From contig OZ024742.1 of NCBI GenBank assembly GCA_964016885.1, forward strand, positions 173,724,001-173,788,000: a stretch of DNA of 64,000 nt, read 5' to 3'. Shown one piece after another: positions 1 to 14,776 of the stretch (position 1 is the stretch's first letter; each line of letters opens with the position of its first letter). Below the pieces are notes generated by a model. That model did not search any database, was not told where the DNA came from, and saw only the letters and a program-made list of their open reading frames with translations. The stretch is from Eledone cirrhosa (Eukaryota). Both the position numbers and the translations under genes were made by a program.

Positions 1-1355
1 TTAATGAAACTACAGAAAGAGTCTGATATGAAAAAGTTTAAGTGTATTATTGGGAATCCCTATACGTTATCAAGGTGGGATATAGAGTAAAGATTAAAGC
101 CTTCGATTGTAAATCTTAGCCAGCACCTCCTAACCACCTGTCAGCCAGTTTCGAGTGGTATCGTCTAGCGAAAGAAATGGAAATTAATTTTTCCGAGTAC
201 TCTAGGAACGTGACTGCCATAGCCTTCGAGTGTGCTAGCGGGAAGTCTACCATCTTCGACAGACCATCGTCTATACCAAACGAATATTATTAATTCACAC
301 AGGAGGGGTTTATTTACGTGCCAGTAGAGGGAGGCATGATACAGCTAACATTTATGCCTAAGCCCAGAGTTTAGAAGTATAAGTATAATATGGCGGTCAA
401 AACAGGCGGCGCGGCGGGCTCCGGGGCAAATCCAACCGTTCCGAGTAATTTCATTTACCGAAAGAGGGGAAATTTATTTTTCCAAACACTCAAGGAAGGC
501 TGAACTTTCCGAGCGCCCGGCGCACAAACGGGAAAGCCACAACATCAGTCAAAAGTGGTAAAAACCAATGAAAATAGACTATAATTATTTTTAAATCCCA
601 GTTAGTCCGGGTTATAAGTAGTGTGGTTCTTTGGTGGCTAGGGAACTATGAAAGATGCATAAAGACCTGAGTAAGGAATAATAAGCAGAAAATCACAAAT
701 AAATAAAAGCAGGATACAAAGATACATTAATAAAGTAAAAAGTAAAATACATAAATAAATAAAACGCTGTCATAATGATGTAGTGAGACGGAGGAAATAT
801 ATGAGAACATATCGGAGGAATCAAAGCAAAGGGTAAATACAAAATAGATCAAGTTGCAGTAAGATAATACAAGGTTATACATATAGATATAGAGGATGGA
901 AGATATGGAATGGTATCAGGTGGTACCTAGTGTAAGTTCGGGTCCCAGAACTTCAGTGTGAATCAGAAAAAGCCCTGAAGTATAGAGTAGAGAGTTCAGT
1001 AAATACAATACATGTTTAAACATAATACGTAGAATTTTGTCGGAATCCGAATATTACCGACAAGGAAGCAGCATTGGATCGGGTGGGCGATAGACAAAGC
1101 ACAGAGCAGCCAAAATCCGAATGGTAAGTAGATCAGTTAATCCCATGCTGCCAATAGCTGTACACTGAAGTCAGTGCCGCTGTTCAATATTACATCCTGT
1201 TATTTTATTCATAATAATTAATTCCGTATTCGCACGACCAACTACACAAACGAAGACGGGTTAACTGCACTACGTTGAGTACTTTCCATAATATTGCATC
1301 AAGATTGACCATTCAGAATGACCAATTATATCCGGTAGTGAACCAACAAACCTAA
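1..1355. mobile_element. Right part of a non-coding element with ~155 bp terminal inverted repeats, ending in a TA run
   Basis: 60-760 is similar to 12510-13200 in the same orientation. 1200-1355 (...gtgaaccaacaaacctaaatata) is the reverse complement of 11757-11910. Confidence 0.65.
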
Positions 1356-1475
1356 ATATATATATATATATAAGTATTAAAGTTTCCGTTGAAAATTGAA
1401 AATGTCAGAGGAATGAAGAGTGCTTTATGTAAGTTACAGAGCTAAATATTTAATGTATAATAAACAATACAATAT

Positions 1476-1549
1476 AATTACCTCATTACCAAAGGTTTCC
1501 CGAATAAGATACAAGAAACGTCCGCATTCGTTCGTCAGACAAGGCAATT
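1476..1549 (-). ncRNA. Type I hammerhead ribozyme motif, probably in the 3' pseudo-LTR of the adjacent PLE
   Basis: Minus strand reads AATTGCCTTGT-CTGACGA-A CGAAT..ATTCG G-GAAA-CC TTT GG-TA^-ATGAGGTAATT: intact core, stem I 11 bp with G.U pairs, stem II 5 bp, stem III 3 bp, GUA triplet. Confidence 0.7.
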
Positions 1550-2029
1550 TAAATCATAGTGAAATATTTTAAAAACCTTTTCAAGAAAGGCTAAAGGTTT
1601 AACGGGCAAAAAATAAATAAAAGTAATAATACAAGAAATGTATAAAAAATAAAAATCAAGAAATATAGTAAGGGGACGTGTACATATGTGTGTATGTACA
1701 TATGTGTGTACATATATGTGTATGTACAACTGCATGTGTATAGTGAAAAAATGTGTGCGCAAGAACATACATGGGGGCAAACATATTAGTGTATGTGTGA
1801 CCACAAATACATATATATATATATGGTGAAAATAGAAATTGTAACATAATAGAGTTAGCGTACATAGAGACTTAGTATACACATACACACACGCACAACC
1901 ACATACATGTATGTGATATATACAGGGAAGGGAGTGTATAAAGTCAACGCAGTGTCAGACGAAGGTCGATACAAATATAAAATATGACGAATAAATGTAT
2001 AAGATAAGAATTTTAAAAAAAATTAAGAC

Positions 2030-2274
2030 AAAAAGAAAGTAAAGTGGGAGTGGTCGTAATATATAAAGTAACACAAGAAAAATAAATAAAAAGTAGAAAA
2101 ACATACATATACGCGAACAAGCTCATACACACATACATATATATAAATATATACACATACAGACAAAAACATGTGCACAAAAGCATACATACACATACAC
2201 GCATACATACATACATACATATGCACATATATATACACATACATGCACATCTATTCGCACCCACCCACGCGACC

Positions 2275-2308
<34 letters not shown>

Positions 2309-2452
2309 ATATATATAAGTAAATATATATTTACGTGTGAAAACACATGTACGTAAACGCACACACACACATGCACAAATACACGCACACATACGAATGC
2401 GTTCGTATACATATACAAACACGTATACACATACATGCACACATACGCATAC

Positions 2453-2540
<88 letters not shown>
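2030..2540. repeat. Compound (TA)n/(CA)n/(TACA)n microsatellite
   Basis: Directly visible; source of the YI/HT ORFs. Confidence 0.95.
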
Positions 2541-2542
<2 letters not shown>

Positions 2543-2869
2543 ACCGTCTGAATAAATGGGTACAAAATATACGCAAGTATACATATATAAAAGCGGCGAA
2601 GGACAACGGAAAATATCTGGAGTTAAAATCACAAGTGACTTGTGTGTTCTGGTAGTGAAAGAAAAGGGGAAGTAAATTAAATGTAAATAATGTATAATTG
2701 TTAAGATATAAAGTTAATGAATCAAATAGCATGGGGAGCGGGTTTCACTAGTGGATGCAAATTAAAAATAAAAGATAAGTAAAACTGAATGAGAAGTCTA
2801 TAAAGAACGTATTTTAAGGAAAGTGAAGAACAAGAGTGTATGGAGGATAAATGTCTGAAAGTGAGTTAA

Positions 2870-4400
2870 GTTCATATGAGCTGGAAAGCAAGTGTGATTT
2901 CATATGTGGGCAACTGGTGAAAATATCTGTTTTTGCATTAAGGCAGGTTTTTGGTGATTTAAAGTTCTGTAAAATCCAATATTATTCACATATGTAGAGT
3001 GCGCATCTTCTTGTTCCTCTTGCGTATTCTTTAGATTGGTTCAAAATTGATCAATCTAATTTATATTGGATACCTTGGTCCTTCAAATCCCAAATTCTGC
3101 TAGCCAGAGCTGTTGGAAATATTTTTTCAGGATGTCGGAAAGATGAGACATGTGAGTAATAACGCGTTTTGAATGTGTCTTGTGTCATACCCACATATCG
3201 TTCGCTGGTGGCTGGTAGGTTGTTGCTGGTGGTTGTCACTTTGGCCTCATATACAACGGCTTTGGTTTTGTATTTACCTTGTAATGGGCATTCACTTTTG
3301 ACTCTACAGGAACAATTTTGATATTCTCTTGGTGTTTTCTTATTAAGGATATAAGATTTAATAGAATGACCGCAGGAGTAGCTGCTTTTGACACAGTTTC
3401 TATTGAAGATCTTATAGTATCTATGTGTTCTAAGGAAATGTTTATCTAAGAGCTCTAGGAATGTTTTGCCTACATTAATTTTAACTGCTAAAGAGTATGG
3501 CGGTGTGAAGCAGGTTATTATTCTTTTCCTATTATCATGTTTAAAGGAGTTAGTATTGTTGGGTATGTACTTAATAGGTTCACTAAATCCACTATTTTGA
3601 AGGGCTTTATTATAGTAGGGGATGACTTATTGAAAATAGCTTCTGAGGAAGAGAGTATGGAGATCATACGGCTAATATTAGGGATGATATTTTTAAATAC
3701 TATATGGTAAGAGCCTTTATTTATGTATTTTAAATTATCATTTGGTTTATGGTACGGTTTATAAGAAGCAGTAGGCAGATCTAGGTTTATATCTAGAAAA
3801 TTAACATTAGAAAGTTGTGTGTCAATTGTAATTTTAAGATTAAAACTAGCGAAGGTTTTTATTAAGTCTTTCCTGAATCTGTCTAAGTTATAGCCAATAG
3901 AAGTACGAGAAAGTATTAGACCATCGTCACGATAAAGCCCAATGTTATGGTGAGGGAATTTCTCTTTAAGTGTGTAGAGGAGGAATAGGCCGACTAAATC
4001 ACACACGTTATCACTCTCAAAAGAACCCATTGAGACATCGAAGGGGTTCTCTGAGTTAGATTTTTTTACCCAAGTATCATTATTAGTAAACAGTAAAGTA
4101 TTTCTAGCATGCAAAATGACATTCTCTTCAATATCAAAAATATTAATAAACCTTTTGGCAAAATGTAATGCTTTCGTTAAAAGAAGGTGAGTAAAAGACG
4201 AGTAGAAGTCTACAATGTCAAATTGGGTGAATCTAGAACTATTTTTATCTTTAATATTGTTTAACCAATGTACTCCAGAAGAGCCATTGGAGTAATTCTG
4301 ATTTACTATTAATTCTGACTTAATATTAAAGATAAAAATAGTTCTAGATTCACCCAATTTGACATTGTCTAATCTTAGATCATCGGCAAAGTAGAAGATT
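2870..4400 (-). mobile_element. Degenerate Penelope-like element: RT followed by Cys linker and GIY-YIG endonuclease
   Basis: ORF 3518-4357 has FDIVDFY, PFDVSMGSF, GLYRDDGL, FLDINLD and YKPYHKP. Downstream: CSCRVKSECPLQG and VVYEAKV..RYVGMTQDTFKTRYYSH (3051-3239). Frameshifted and 5' truncated. Confidence 0.9.
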
Positions 4401-4783
4401 TAACTATTTATGATTGCACACTCGGAGATAATCAGGGGATAACGTTGTAAAAGCAGGTGTGGTTTAAGAAAACACACAACGCTCCCCCGTCACGTGGTGT
4501 GAAAAGGTTTATCGACAGTTAGAAATAACAGCCGATTCCTTTCAATATAATAAGCTGTACTAATAAACCTAGGAGCCGTAAATAGTACCAAAATTATATT
4601 AAGGATGTCATTTCTGAGAAAGGTGGTATGGCGTATGATTCCGATATTCTCAGACATGATATCCTTAATATACTTTGACATGGAGAGGAGAGACTGGCAT
4701 GCATGGGCGACTGCTAGTCTTCCACAAACACACCTTGCCTAGGCATATACCTAGGACGGGAATTTTCTTAGTGCGAAACTATG

Positions 4784-4831
<48 letters not shown>

Positions 4832-5137
4832 TTCCATTCCCTCCGATATTCACTATCTTTTTATTTCAACTTTTATTTCTCTCATATCTTTTGCTGAAGT
4901 TCCCGAAACTTAAAAACAGTGCTGCTAGTTTTGTTGTTTTCGTTTCCTTTTCACATACATATATGCGTTTGTGTATATATGTTTGCGTTTGTGTGCATTA
5001 TAGAGGCAAACACAGATATGTAATTGTGTATATGAAATGTGTAGCCTCGCGTACTTCTATGCACACACACACACATACATACACACACACATACACACAC
5101 ACACGCACACATACCCACATACACACACACACACACA

Positions 5138-5240
<103 letters not shown>

Positions 5241-6539
5241 ACGTGTGTGTGTGTGTAAATATATATATATATATTTCTGTAAGTGTATGTGGCTGTTTGT
5301 ATGTGTGTGGGAAGGAGAGCTGTGATTTTAATAAGAGAGTAGATCGGTTGAGACAGTTCTGACAAAAAGTTAAATGAGAGCTTCAGAAAGTCTTCGGCGA
5401 GAGATTAAATTGGTGAGAAGGTTTAAAGAAAATCATGTGAGACAAGAAGGATAATGTAGTCCTAGAATGAATGTGCCAGACATAAAAACAGAGTGGTCCA
5501 CAAATGAGTCTCCTCATTCAGAGATGAACGTGGATTAAATAACAACAGCAATAACAACAACAACGGCCACATCAACGAGTGTGAAGACTATCACTATACC
5601 AACGACCACATCAAAGACATAAAAATAATAGTAATCGAGCTTCAAGCCAACCAATGAGAATCTACTTCGTCACTATATACAGTACAAATAGCAACCTAAA
5701 TTCTATCAAACCCAGCCATATCATTTTAAAATATAAATTGCTTACAATAGATAATGCAGTCCTAGATACAAAATACCTGAACAAAGGATGTGACAGCTGT
5801 TGTCATACGAAGAAAACAAAGATGGATCAGTAATAAATTTGAAAATGTTACAATATATAGCATCAAGAAACATATAGCGAGCGAGAGGGAAAGGAAGAGA
5901 TTGGAAAGGCGCATCTTGATTGATGTGGTCTCCATGATACTCCATAATTTATGTACCTATTTATTTGTATTTTATATTATATTTATGAACAATAGCGCTT
6001 TCGGTCATGGATTCCTAACAACCCAATCACTGATTTACTGCAGTTTCGATGGTATCGTTATAAAAGAAAAGGAAAAAAGAAATTGTATTAAAAATGTTTA
6101 TTTGATATCTGTTTTGAATTATGGTTTAGGAATTGCTTTTTCAATTCATTTATTTGAGGGATATTAAAATTTGTATTTTTTTCTTTGGGTAATCCCATAA
6201 AGATTATTACTTAAGAATGGTTGGTCTTCAATTTTATGGCATTCAATTATATTTATAATATAGAGGAGTTTATTGAAGATTTAAAAAAATAAATACACAT
6301 ATTTCAAATTATGTTTTTTATCAAATATATGCTTATTCTTCTGGAGGACATTTGGTCAGCTGTTAAAGCCAGATATGGAGATGGAAATATAACCATCAAA
6401 TGCACGTGACAAAGACGTATCCGAGCAGCCCAGTCAGAATAAATATTATAAAATAATCATGTTCGATAACACCGGTCTGAAGTCAAATGTCTCGTGCAAG
6501 TGTAGGCGTTTCGACTTTAAAGTCATATGTATTGATTTC

Positions 6540-6728
6540 TAATATAAGCACAGGGCCAGTTTATTTGGGGGAAGGGACAACGATGATTAAGTCAACCCAG
6601 TACTTGACTGTTTCTTTATTTTATTTACCAAGAAGGGTCTAAGAGAAGTTAATCTCATTCGGATTTGAACTCAGAATGTTAAGAAATATTTATGCAATTG
6701 TTTACCACTACTACTAACTCACCAGCCT
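6540..6728 (-). mobile_element. Diverged tRNA-derived SINE copy
   Basis: gcacagggccag tail and ggatttgaactcaga B-box region match the family at 25102-25294. Confidence 0.6.
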
Positions 6729-7686
6729 TTTGTGTTGCTTGGTGATTCTTATAGTTGCCTCTCAAATTCAGTTACGACTGTCATGAATCTTCGGTAATGT
6801 TCGGAAGAATACGATAGCGATTGCAAGCGGCCGAAATGGAGATCTTCCGAAGGGTCTTCGAAGTGACGCTACTCGATATAGTGCGTATCTCGGAGATATT
6901 AAAATTTCTTAAATTATATACATATATGATCATAAATTAAAAAATTTTAAGTTTAACTCTAATTTTAATATTTTTTTACTTCTTAATTCTTTATTTTATA
7001 CTGCTTAAATCTTTCATTTTTTATTTTACTTCTAAAATATCTCGTTTTATTTTTTAAAATTACTTATTTCTTAAAAAATTACTTTTTAAATATTTTTTAA
7101 ACATTTTAAATAGATACCTTTTAAGTATTTTTTTTCTTTTCAAAGGTTTCTTGTGTATCTTCTGAGATTTTAAAAAAAATGTTCTCAATAATTTTTTCCA
7201 GAAAAAATTTTTCCTGAAATTTTTTCCAGAATTTTTTCCAGAACTTTTAATATTTTAAAATGTTGTAATATTTTTAAATATTTTAATACTTTTAATATTT
7301 TTTAATTATTTAATATTAGTGTTATAACCAATAACCAATTCTGGCTAAATATATCTTTCAACATTTATATCTTCGTCAAAATGGTCTCATACTAACTAAT
7401 AATTAAACAAAACTGGGATTTTCAATTTCTTCCCAATCTAAAACATTGAAAACATATAAAATAATCTTATTAACCCAGTTAATTTAATATAAAACTTTAT
7501 ACCTCATAGCTTATTAAAGCAATTATCTATAACATGATATACCCATTTATCCATTCATATATGTATTATTCTATCTATATTGTTCTATCTATTGATTCTC
7601 CTACTTTACATCTATTTTCAATTTATTTTTCAATATATCTTTATATATATTTATTTTTTTCTATATATCTATTTTTTCTATATATT

Positions 7687-9775
7687 TATAGCAAGAGTTG
7701 CCTCCCTTGTTGTGACGATCACATCACCAATAGAGTAACGCTCTCTAGACAGGAAGTAGCTAGAGTTGCTTCCCGTTGGGTTGGCAGAGCTCTTTTTGTC
7801 ACTTCCGTCCCAGGGCCTATAAAGGGAATACATTTCATCTCTCTAACTCTCATTTGCCTTTCGGCTCCTGACCTTCTAACCTGCCTGGCTCTTCAGCCAG
7901 GCGCGTTCGTCTGGCAACCCTAACATGGCCTCTTGCGAGCTAACTTCAAAACGGTAACAAATAAATTTACTTCATTCTTTCATCTACTACTCATTGACAT
8001 GTCAACTATACTGTTCTACATAACCTCAACTTGTTAATTAAACGTTATATACACAACTGAGTCTCCTGTTATATTCATACAATCTAGTATGTTGTTATAA
8101 GTGGTGATCCCGAATAGAAAAGAAAACAATAACAGAATCTGATGTTGTGTGAGTATGGAAAAAAGAAAATTAATTAGCAGTACCCCATTTTCGTTGGAAT
8201 GTGTCGACCAACATTTCGAATACGCAGCAAACATTATTAACAAGCTAGGAAAAGTTGGCAGACACAGAAACGAACACACGCACATGTGAAATGCTCGTCC
8301 ATAAAGACTCTTTTTCAACATTAACATTTATGTTTGCTGAATCTCAACTATTGCTTATTCTTTTCACCAAGTTTTTTTTTTCATAGTTCACAAAAAATTG
8401 AACTCGCCATATTTGTTATACTAAGTGGAGCCTTTCTTTCTTTTTCATCATATTTTCACGTTCACACACACACATTTTTCAAAATGGCTGCTAACGAACT
8501 GTTGCACGATCGTTTTCGCGCCATTTTCTCGCGCAATGAAAATTTTTATTTTTTCAACTTAACCTTGTTTGGGCACGTGTAGGCAGCACACATCTCGACT
8601 CACTGAGATACCACACGCCATGGATAATGTTTCTCGCCAAGGATTCTCCAGCCTTAAGCTATATTCTCCTCTTTGCCGCTTAAAAAATTTACTACGTAAA
8701 TTTGCCGTTGAAAACTGCGCATTTATTCAGAAGGCTTATTTCTTTGGTCGCTGGCCTCTTGACCCTTCCAGGTCAACGCATTCTCAACACCGACCATCAA
8801 CTTTGGCTGTTATTTCTAGCACTTTGCGTAACTCATCTTTTCTGGGAAAATTTTTACTGTGAATTTAAACATCGAATACGCTCACTCCGCGAGACAACAA
8901 CATCAACAGTAACACAGCTTCATCAACAACCAAAACCAGCAGAACAAGCCAGAGAATTTATTTTTGCAGCACTCTTCCTGTGAGAAAATCCATTCGGAGG
9001 TTCGAAATTTCACGTCATACCACAGACCAGAAACCACCTGCATTCATTCTCTGGAACACACTTTCTTTCCTGCTGTCATGTGATTGCACATCTGTGAACT
9101 GTATTTTGAACATTTGAACTTTGACCTCTTCTTTTACTTTGATTACATTGTATCTTTGAGTGACGGATAGATAGATGTCCAGTCGTTCTCTGGACAATAG
9201 CGGTTGGCTACCTTGATATGTATCATTGATTTTTACATGCATATATTTTGCTGTTTTCCTTTTATTGCAAACATTGTTTTTTTCGTAATTTTCATGCCTG
9301 GACTTTGGTGTTACAACATTCTCGCCATCTTACTTCATACATCGATCATTCGATTTTTATGTTTCACAAATCTGGCGGGGGATAATGTAGCAAGAGTTGC
9401 CTCCCTTGTTGTGACGATCACATCACCAATAGAGTAACGGAGTTGCTTCCCGTTGGGGTGGCAGAGCCCTTTTTGTCACTTCCGTCCAGGGCATATAAAG
9501 GGAATAACTTTCAGCTCTCTATCTCTCATTTGCCTTTCGGCTCCTGGCCTTCTAACCTGCCTGGCCCTTCGGCCAGGCGCGTTTGTCTGGCAACCCTAAC
9601 ATGGCCTCTTGCGAGCTAACTTCAAAACGGTAACACATAAATTTACTTCATTCTTTCATCTACTACTCATTGACATGTCAACTATACTGTTCTACATAAC
9701 CTCAACATGTTAATTAAACGTTATATACACAACTGAGTCTCCTGTTATATTCATACAATCCAGTATTTTGTTATA
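7687..9775 (+). mobile_element. Non-autonomous LTR retroelement (TRIM/LARD-like or internally deleted Gypsy)
   Basis: Direct repeats 7687-8099 and 9386-9775 (TGTAGCAAG start in the 3' LTR). PBS TGGTGATCCCGA at 8102-8113 resembles the tRNA-Trp complement. PPT GGCGGGGGA precedes 9386. 4 bp TSD TATT. No gag/pol ORF. Confidence 0.88.
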
Positions 9776-10154
9776 TATTTATAATAGTAAATATTATATT
9801 GTATTATATTAGAATTCTAACAATAATTAGTAAATATACGTAACATTAATATAAACTTAAGACTTATTTACGTTACATGAGTTCATCCTCTGATAAATGT
9901 CTTTCTTCTCTCTATCTCTCTATCTATCTCATAACAGTATTTTTTTTTCTCTTTTCACTCTCTCTTTCCTCTCTTTCTTCCCTATCTTACAGCGTAATTT
10001 AAATAAGCGGTTGTTTTTTTCAATTTTCCATACATTCATTTGCATATTCACACATAAGTTTGAATTACCCTTAATAAGTTTCCAATATCCAATAAATTTC
10101 CGACCGTTAAGGTTGATTGCTATGGGTATGTCGTTATTTATGAAACAAATCTTG

Positions 10155-10218
10155 TATTTTATCTGATGAAAACGCACCAAGTTGGCTTGGTCGCCCTTGA
10201 AATATATATAATAAAATA
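10155..10218 (+). ncRNA. Type I hammerhead ribozyme motif with partly decayed stem II
   Basis: TATTTTAT-CTGATGA-AA..ACCAAG TTGG CTTGGT..TT-GAAA-TATATA-TA^-ATAAAATA: stem I 8 bp, palindromic stem III. Confidence 0.6.
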
Positions 10219-10272
10219 AATATGGTTTTATAAATATATTTTCCATTTATTAATATCTTGGTATATTTTCCC

Positions 10273-10371
<99 letters not shown>

Positions 10372-11119
10372 TTGTGTGTGTGTTTGCGTCTGAGTGTGTG
10401 TATATATATATATTTGTTGCTATTAGAATTACTCCATAGATTTAATCCTATATCTCATCCCTATAATCGTTTTAAATAATTAACTATTTATGACCACTAT
10501 ATATTACATTATATTCAACACTCTAACAGAAGTTTAACAGACATGCATTTACACCTATTAAAGAAAACCAGATTATTAATGAGATTTCTTATTCGGAAAT
10601 AAAATTCCCTACAGGGAAAACTTTATTCTGACCACTCTAACACAATACAATACTTACACAAATTTAATTATTTTCTTACCTATATATTTTTTTTATATAC
10701 TTTTTACTTTTCTTTGGTTCCATCTATATTCTTCTACTTGTTCTATTTTTAGAACAAATTATTCGTCTTTAACAAAGAAATAACAAATATTTAGGATAGT
10801 TCTATACTAGTCTACTGGATATAATACACTGATATCTGCACCCCTTTTCCTCCAACTTTAATCTTCCTTGACCGTCCACACTTTTCTGAAATTTCTATAC
10901 AATCTGTTTAAATTCCTTTACACTTGAAACTTTCTTTTCTTAAAAGTCATTCGATACCTCATCTCCTGACTGCTAATTTATTCATCTACTACAACCAGCT
11001 TAATGATCTATATTGCCCCTTCCTATTTTTACTATTGGTCAATCTCAACCTTGTTCTTAAAAGGTTACTTATTCATACATGTTTTTATATTCTTCAATAA
11101 ACAAAACTCATTATTTCTG

Positions 11120-11218
11120 ATTAACTTTGCCTTTCATCCTTACGAGGTCGATAAAATAAAGTACCAGTAATACACTGGGTATTTGCTGGCCTTGTGCCTA
11201 AAGTAGAAACAATTATTT
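11120..11218 (+). mobile_element. 5'-truncated SINE with TSD
   Basis: ttaactttgcctttcatcc...ggccttgtgcctaaagtagaaac, flanked by an ATTATTTCTGA duplication. Confidence 0.8.
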
Positions 11219-11629
11219 CTGAAGACGGCGGGTAGAGGATACGTATGTATATTTTCTAACTTTGATAATTTGTAATATATTTTACATAGATCACTAATAG
11301 AATGATCATACAGAGAACTACCCCCCAGAAACGATCGTAAAATAATGAGTTTTACTGTGAATTATCCGTATTTTGTTTAACTTCATTGTCTTCACTATTT
11401 GTATTATTTTAACTCTGCATCCAATGAATTATATAGTTAAAATTTTGTATTTTAAACTTGGCTTCACGACATCTTCTACATACGGATTACATTGAGTTCT
11501 TCATACGGCTTGGACCCTACCATTAATTGGTGGATGTATCTATGTATATATATATATAAATAAATATATATATAAATAGAAGTTTAGTAAAATCGAAGCT
11601 TCGGCTGTAACCAATCCAACGAGATACAA

Positions 11630-13200
<1,571 letters not shown>

Positions 13201-13481
13201 ATAAAAATACATTAATAAAATAATGAAAAATAATAAAATAATAAAAAAAATAATAAAAAATATATACATTAATGAAATAATAATTTATTATTTTATTATT
13301 TTTGATTATATTATTATTTTTTATATGTAATTATGTGTGTTGCCTTCTTTCCGTCTCTGTGGAAATATATACCCTAATTATTTAGATATTTAATAGTCAA
13401 ATCTGCATAGAAGCAGCTTGCAATAAGCAAGCATATTGTTAAAATCCCATTCTCTCAACGCTTCGTAAATCGACAGGTTTC

Positions 13482-13580
<99 letters not shown>

Positions 13581-14397
13581 CTATGTGTGTATGTGTGTGG
13601 GTGGGTGGCTGGGTGTGCGTGTTTGTGTGAGTCTGTCTGCTTTGCATGTTTTTTATGTGCTTGTGTATCTTTGTATGAAAGTTAGCAGATTTCTTTTTTT
13701 AATAATAATCTCAAGGGTATTATTACTCCTAAAATATTCAACTAAATATATACATGAGGACTAGCATATTTCTCCTTGGTAACAAGTGAAAAACGAAGTT
13801 AACTAAATACTTAGTTTAAGAAACGTATTATCGTTCGCAAGAGCGAACGATTTTACTTTACGTCATAATTGTTTAAACTTAATATATGTTCATATAAGTT
13901 GGCTTTCGGTGTTCCAGTTGAGCAAATAACTTGTTCCCTTCAATAGACCCCTGAGAAGGCAGATTATTAAGTAGCGGCCAATAATTTACGATGTGCACAC
14001 ATCATGTAGACTTCACAAAAATGCCAATGTTATGGGGTGTAAACGTTAGACAATTAAGAATGAATTCGTTTGAAAAATTCCCTACTGAACATAATTAATT
14101 GCACATAGATTTCGGAATATTTGTCAGACCTCATACAAGTATACCTCGTAATTTGGGCTGCTGAAGGGATAAATAAATAACATTGACACGTGATATGTCC
14201 ATAACTACTAATTTGAGCCTTATAACCATGGGTATACACGCAAGTATGCAAACACTCTGATATGGAAAAGTAAGACAAAGCAAGCACAAAGGAAAGTCGG
14301 ACAAAAAAGTAAACAAATTAAGAATTATGTTAATTTAAATACCAAGTAATAGTAGTAGTAGTATATATATATATATATTTATATATTTATATAAATA

Positions 14398-14434
<37 letters not shown>

Positions 14435-14441
<7 letters not shown>

Positions 14442-14640
14442 CGAGTAGGAGTGCGACGGCTGAGCTCAAGCCGGTTCGAGGGGTAATTCTGGACTGAATT
14501 CTAGTCCAGAATTAGCCGTCGAAATGGCTTGAGCTCAGCCGTCGGGGTCCTACTTGTTCATATTACCCACTCTACTACCCTAGGTATTAAGTACATTGGT
14601 GCGTTATGGTCCATCTGGTTCCTTACCACATGTCCTTCGT
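14435..14640. repeat. Hairpin-plus-tail element in (TA)n, copy 1
   Basis: ~130 bp palindrome 14435-14563 followed by a ~77 bp tail; homologous to 60928-61118. Confidence 0.85.
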
Positions 14641-14776
14641 TATATATATATGTATGTATGTATGTATATATATATGTATGTATCTATGTATTTATATATA
14701 TATGTATATATATAAATATATATACATACTCACACACACATACATATATACATATATATTTATATATATATATATA

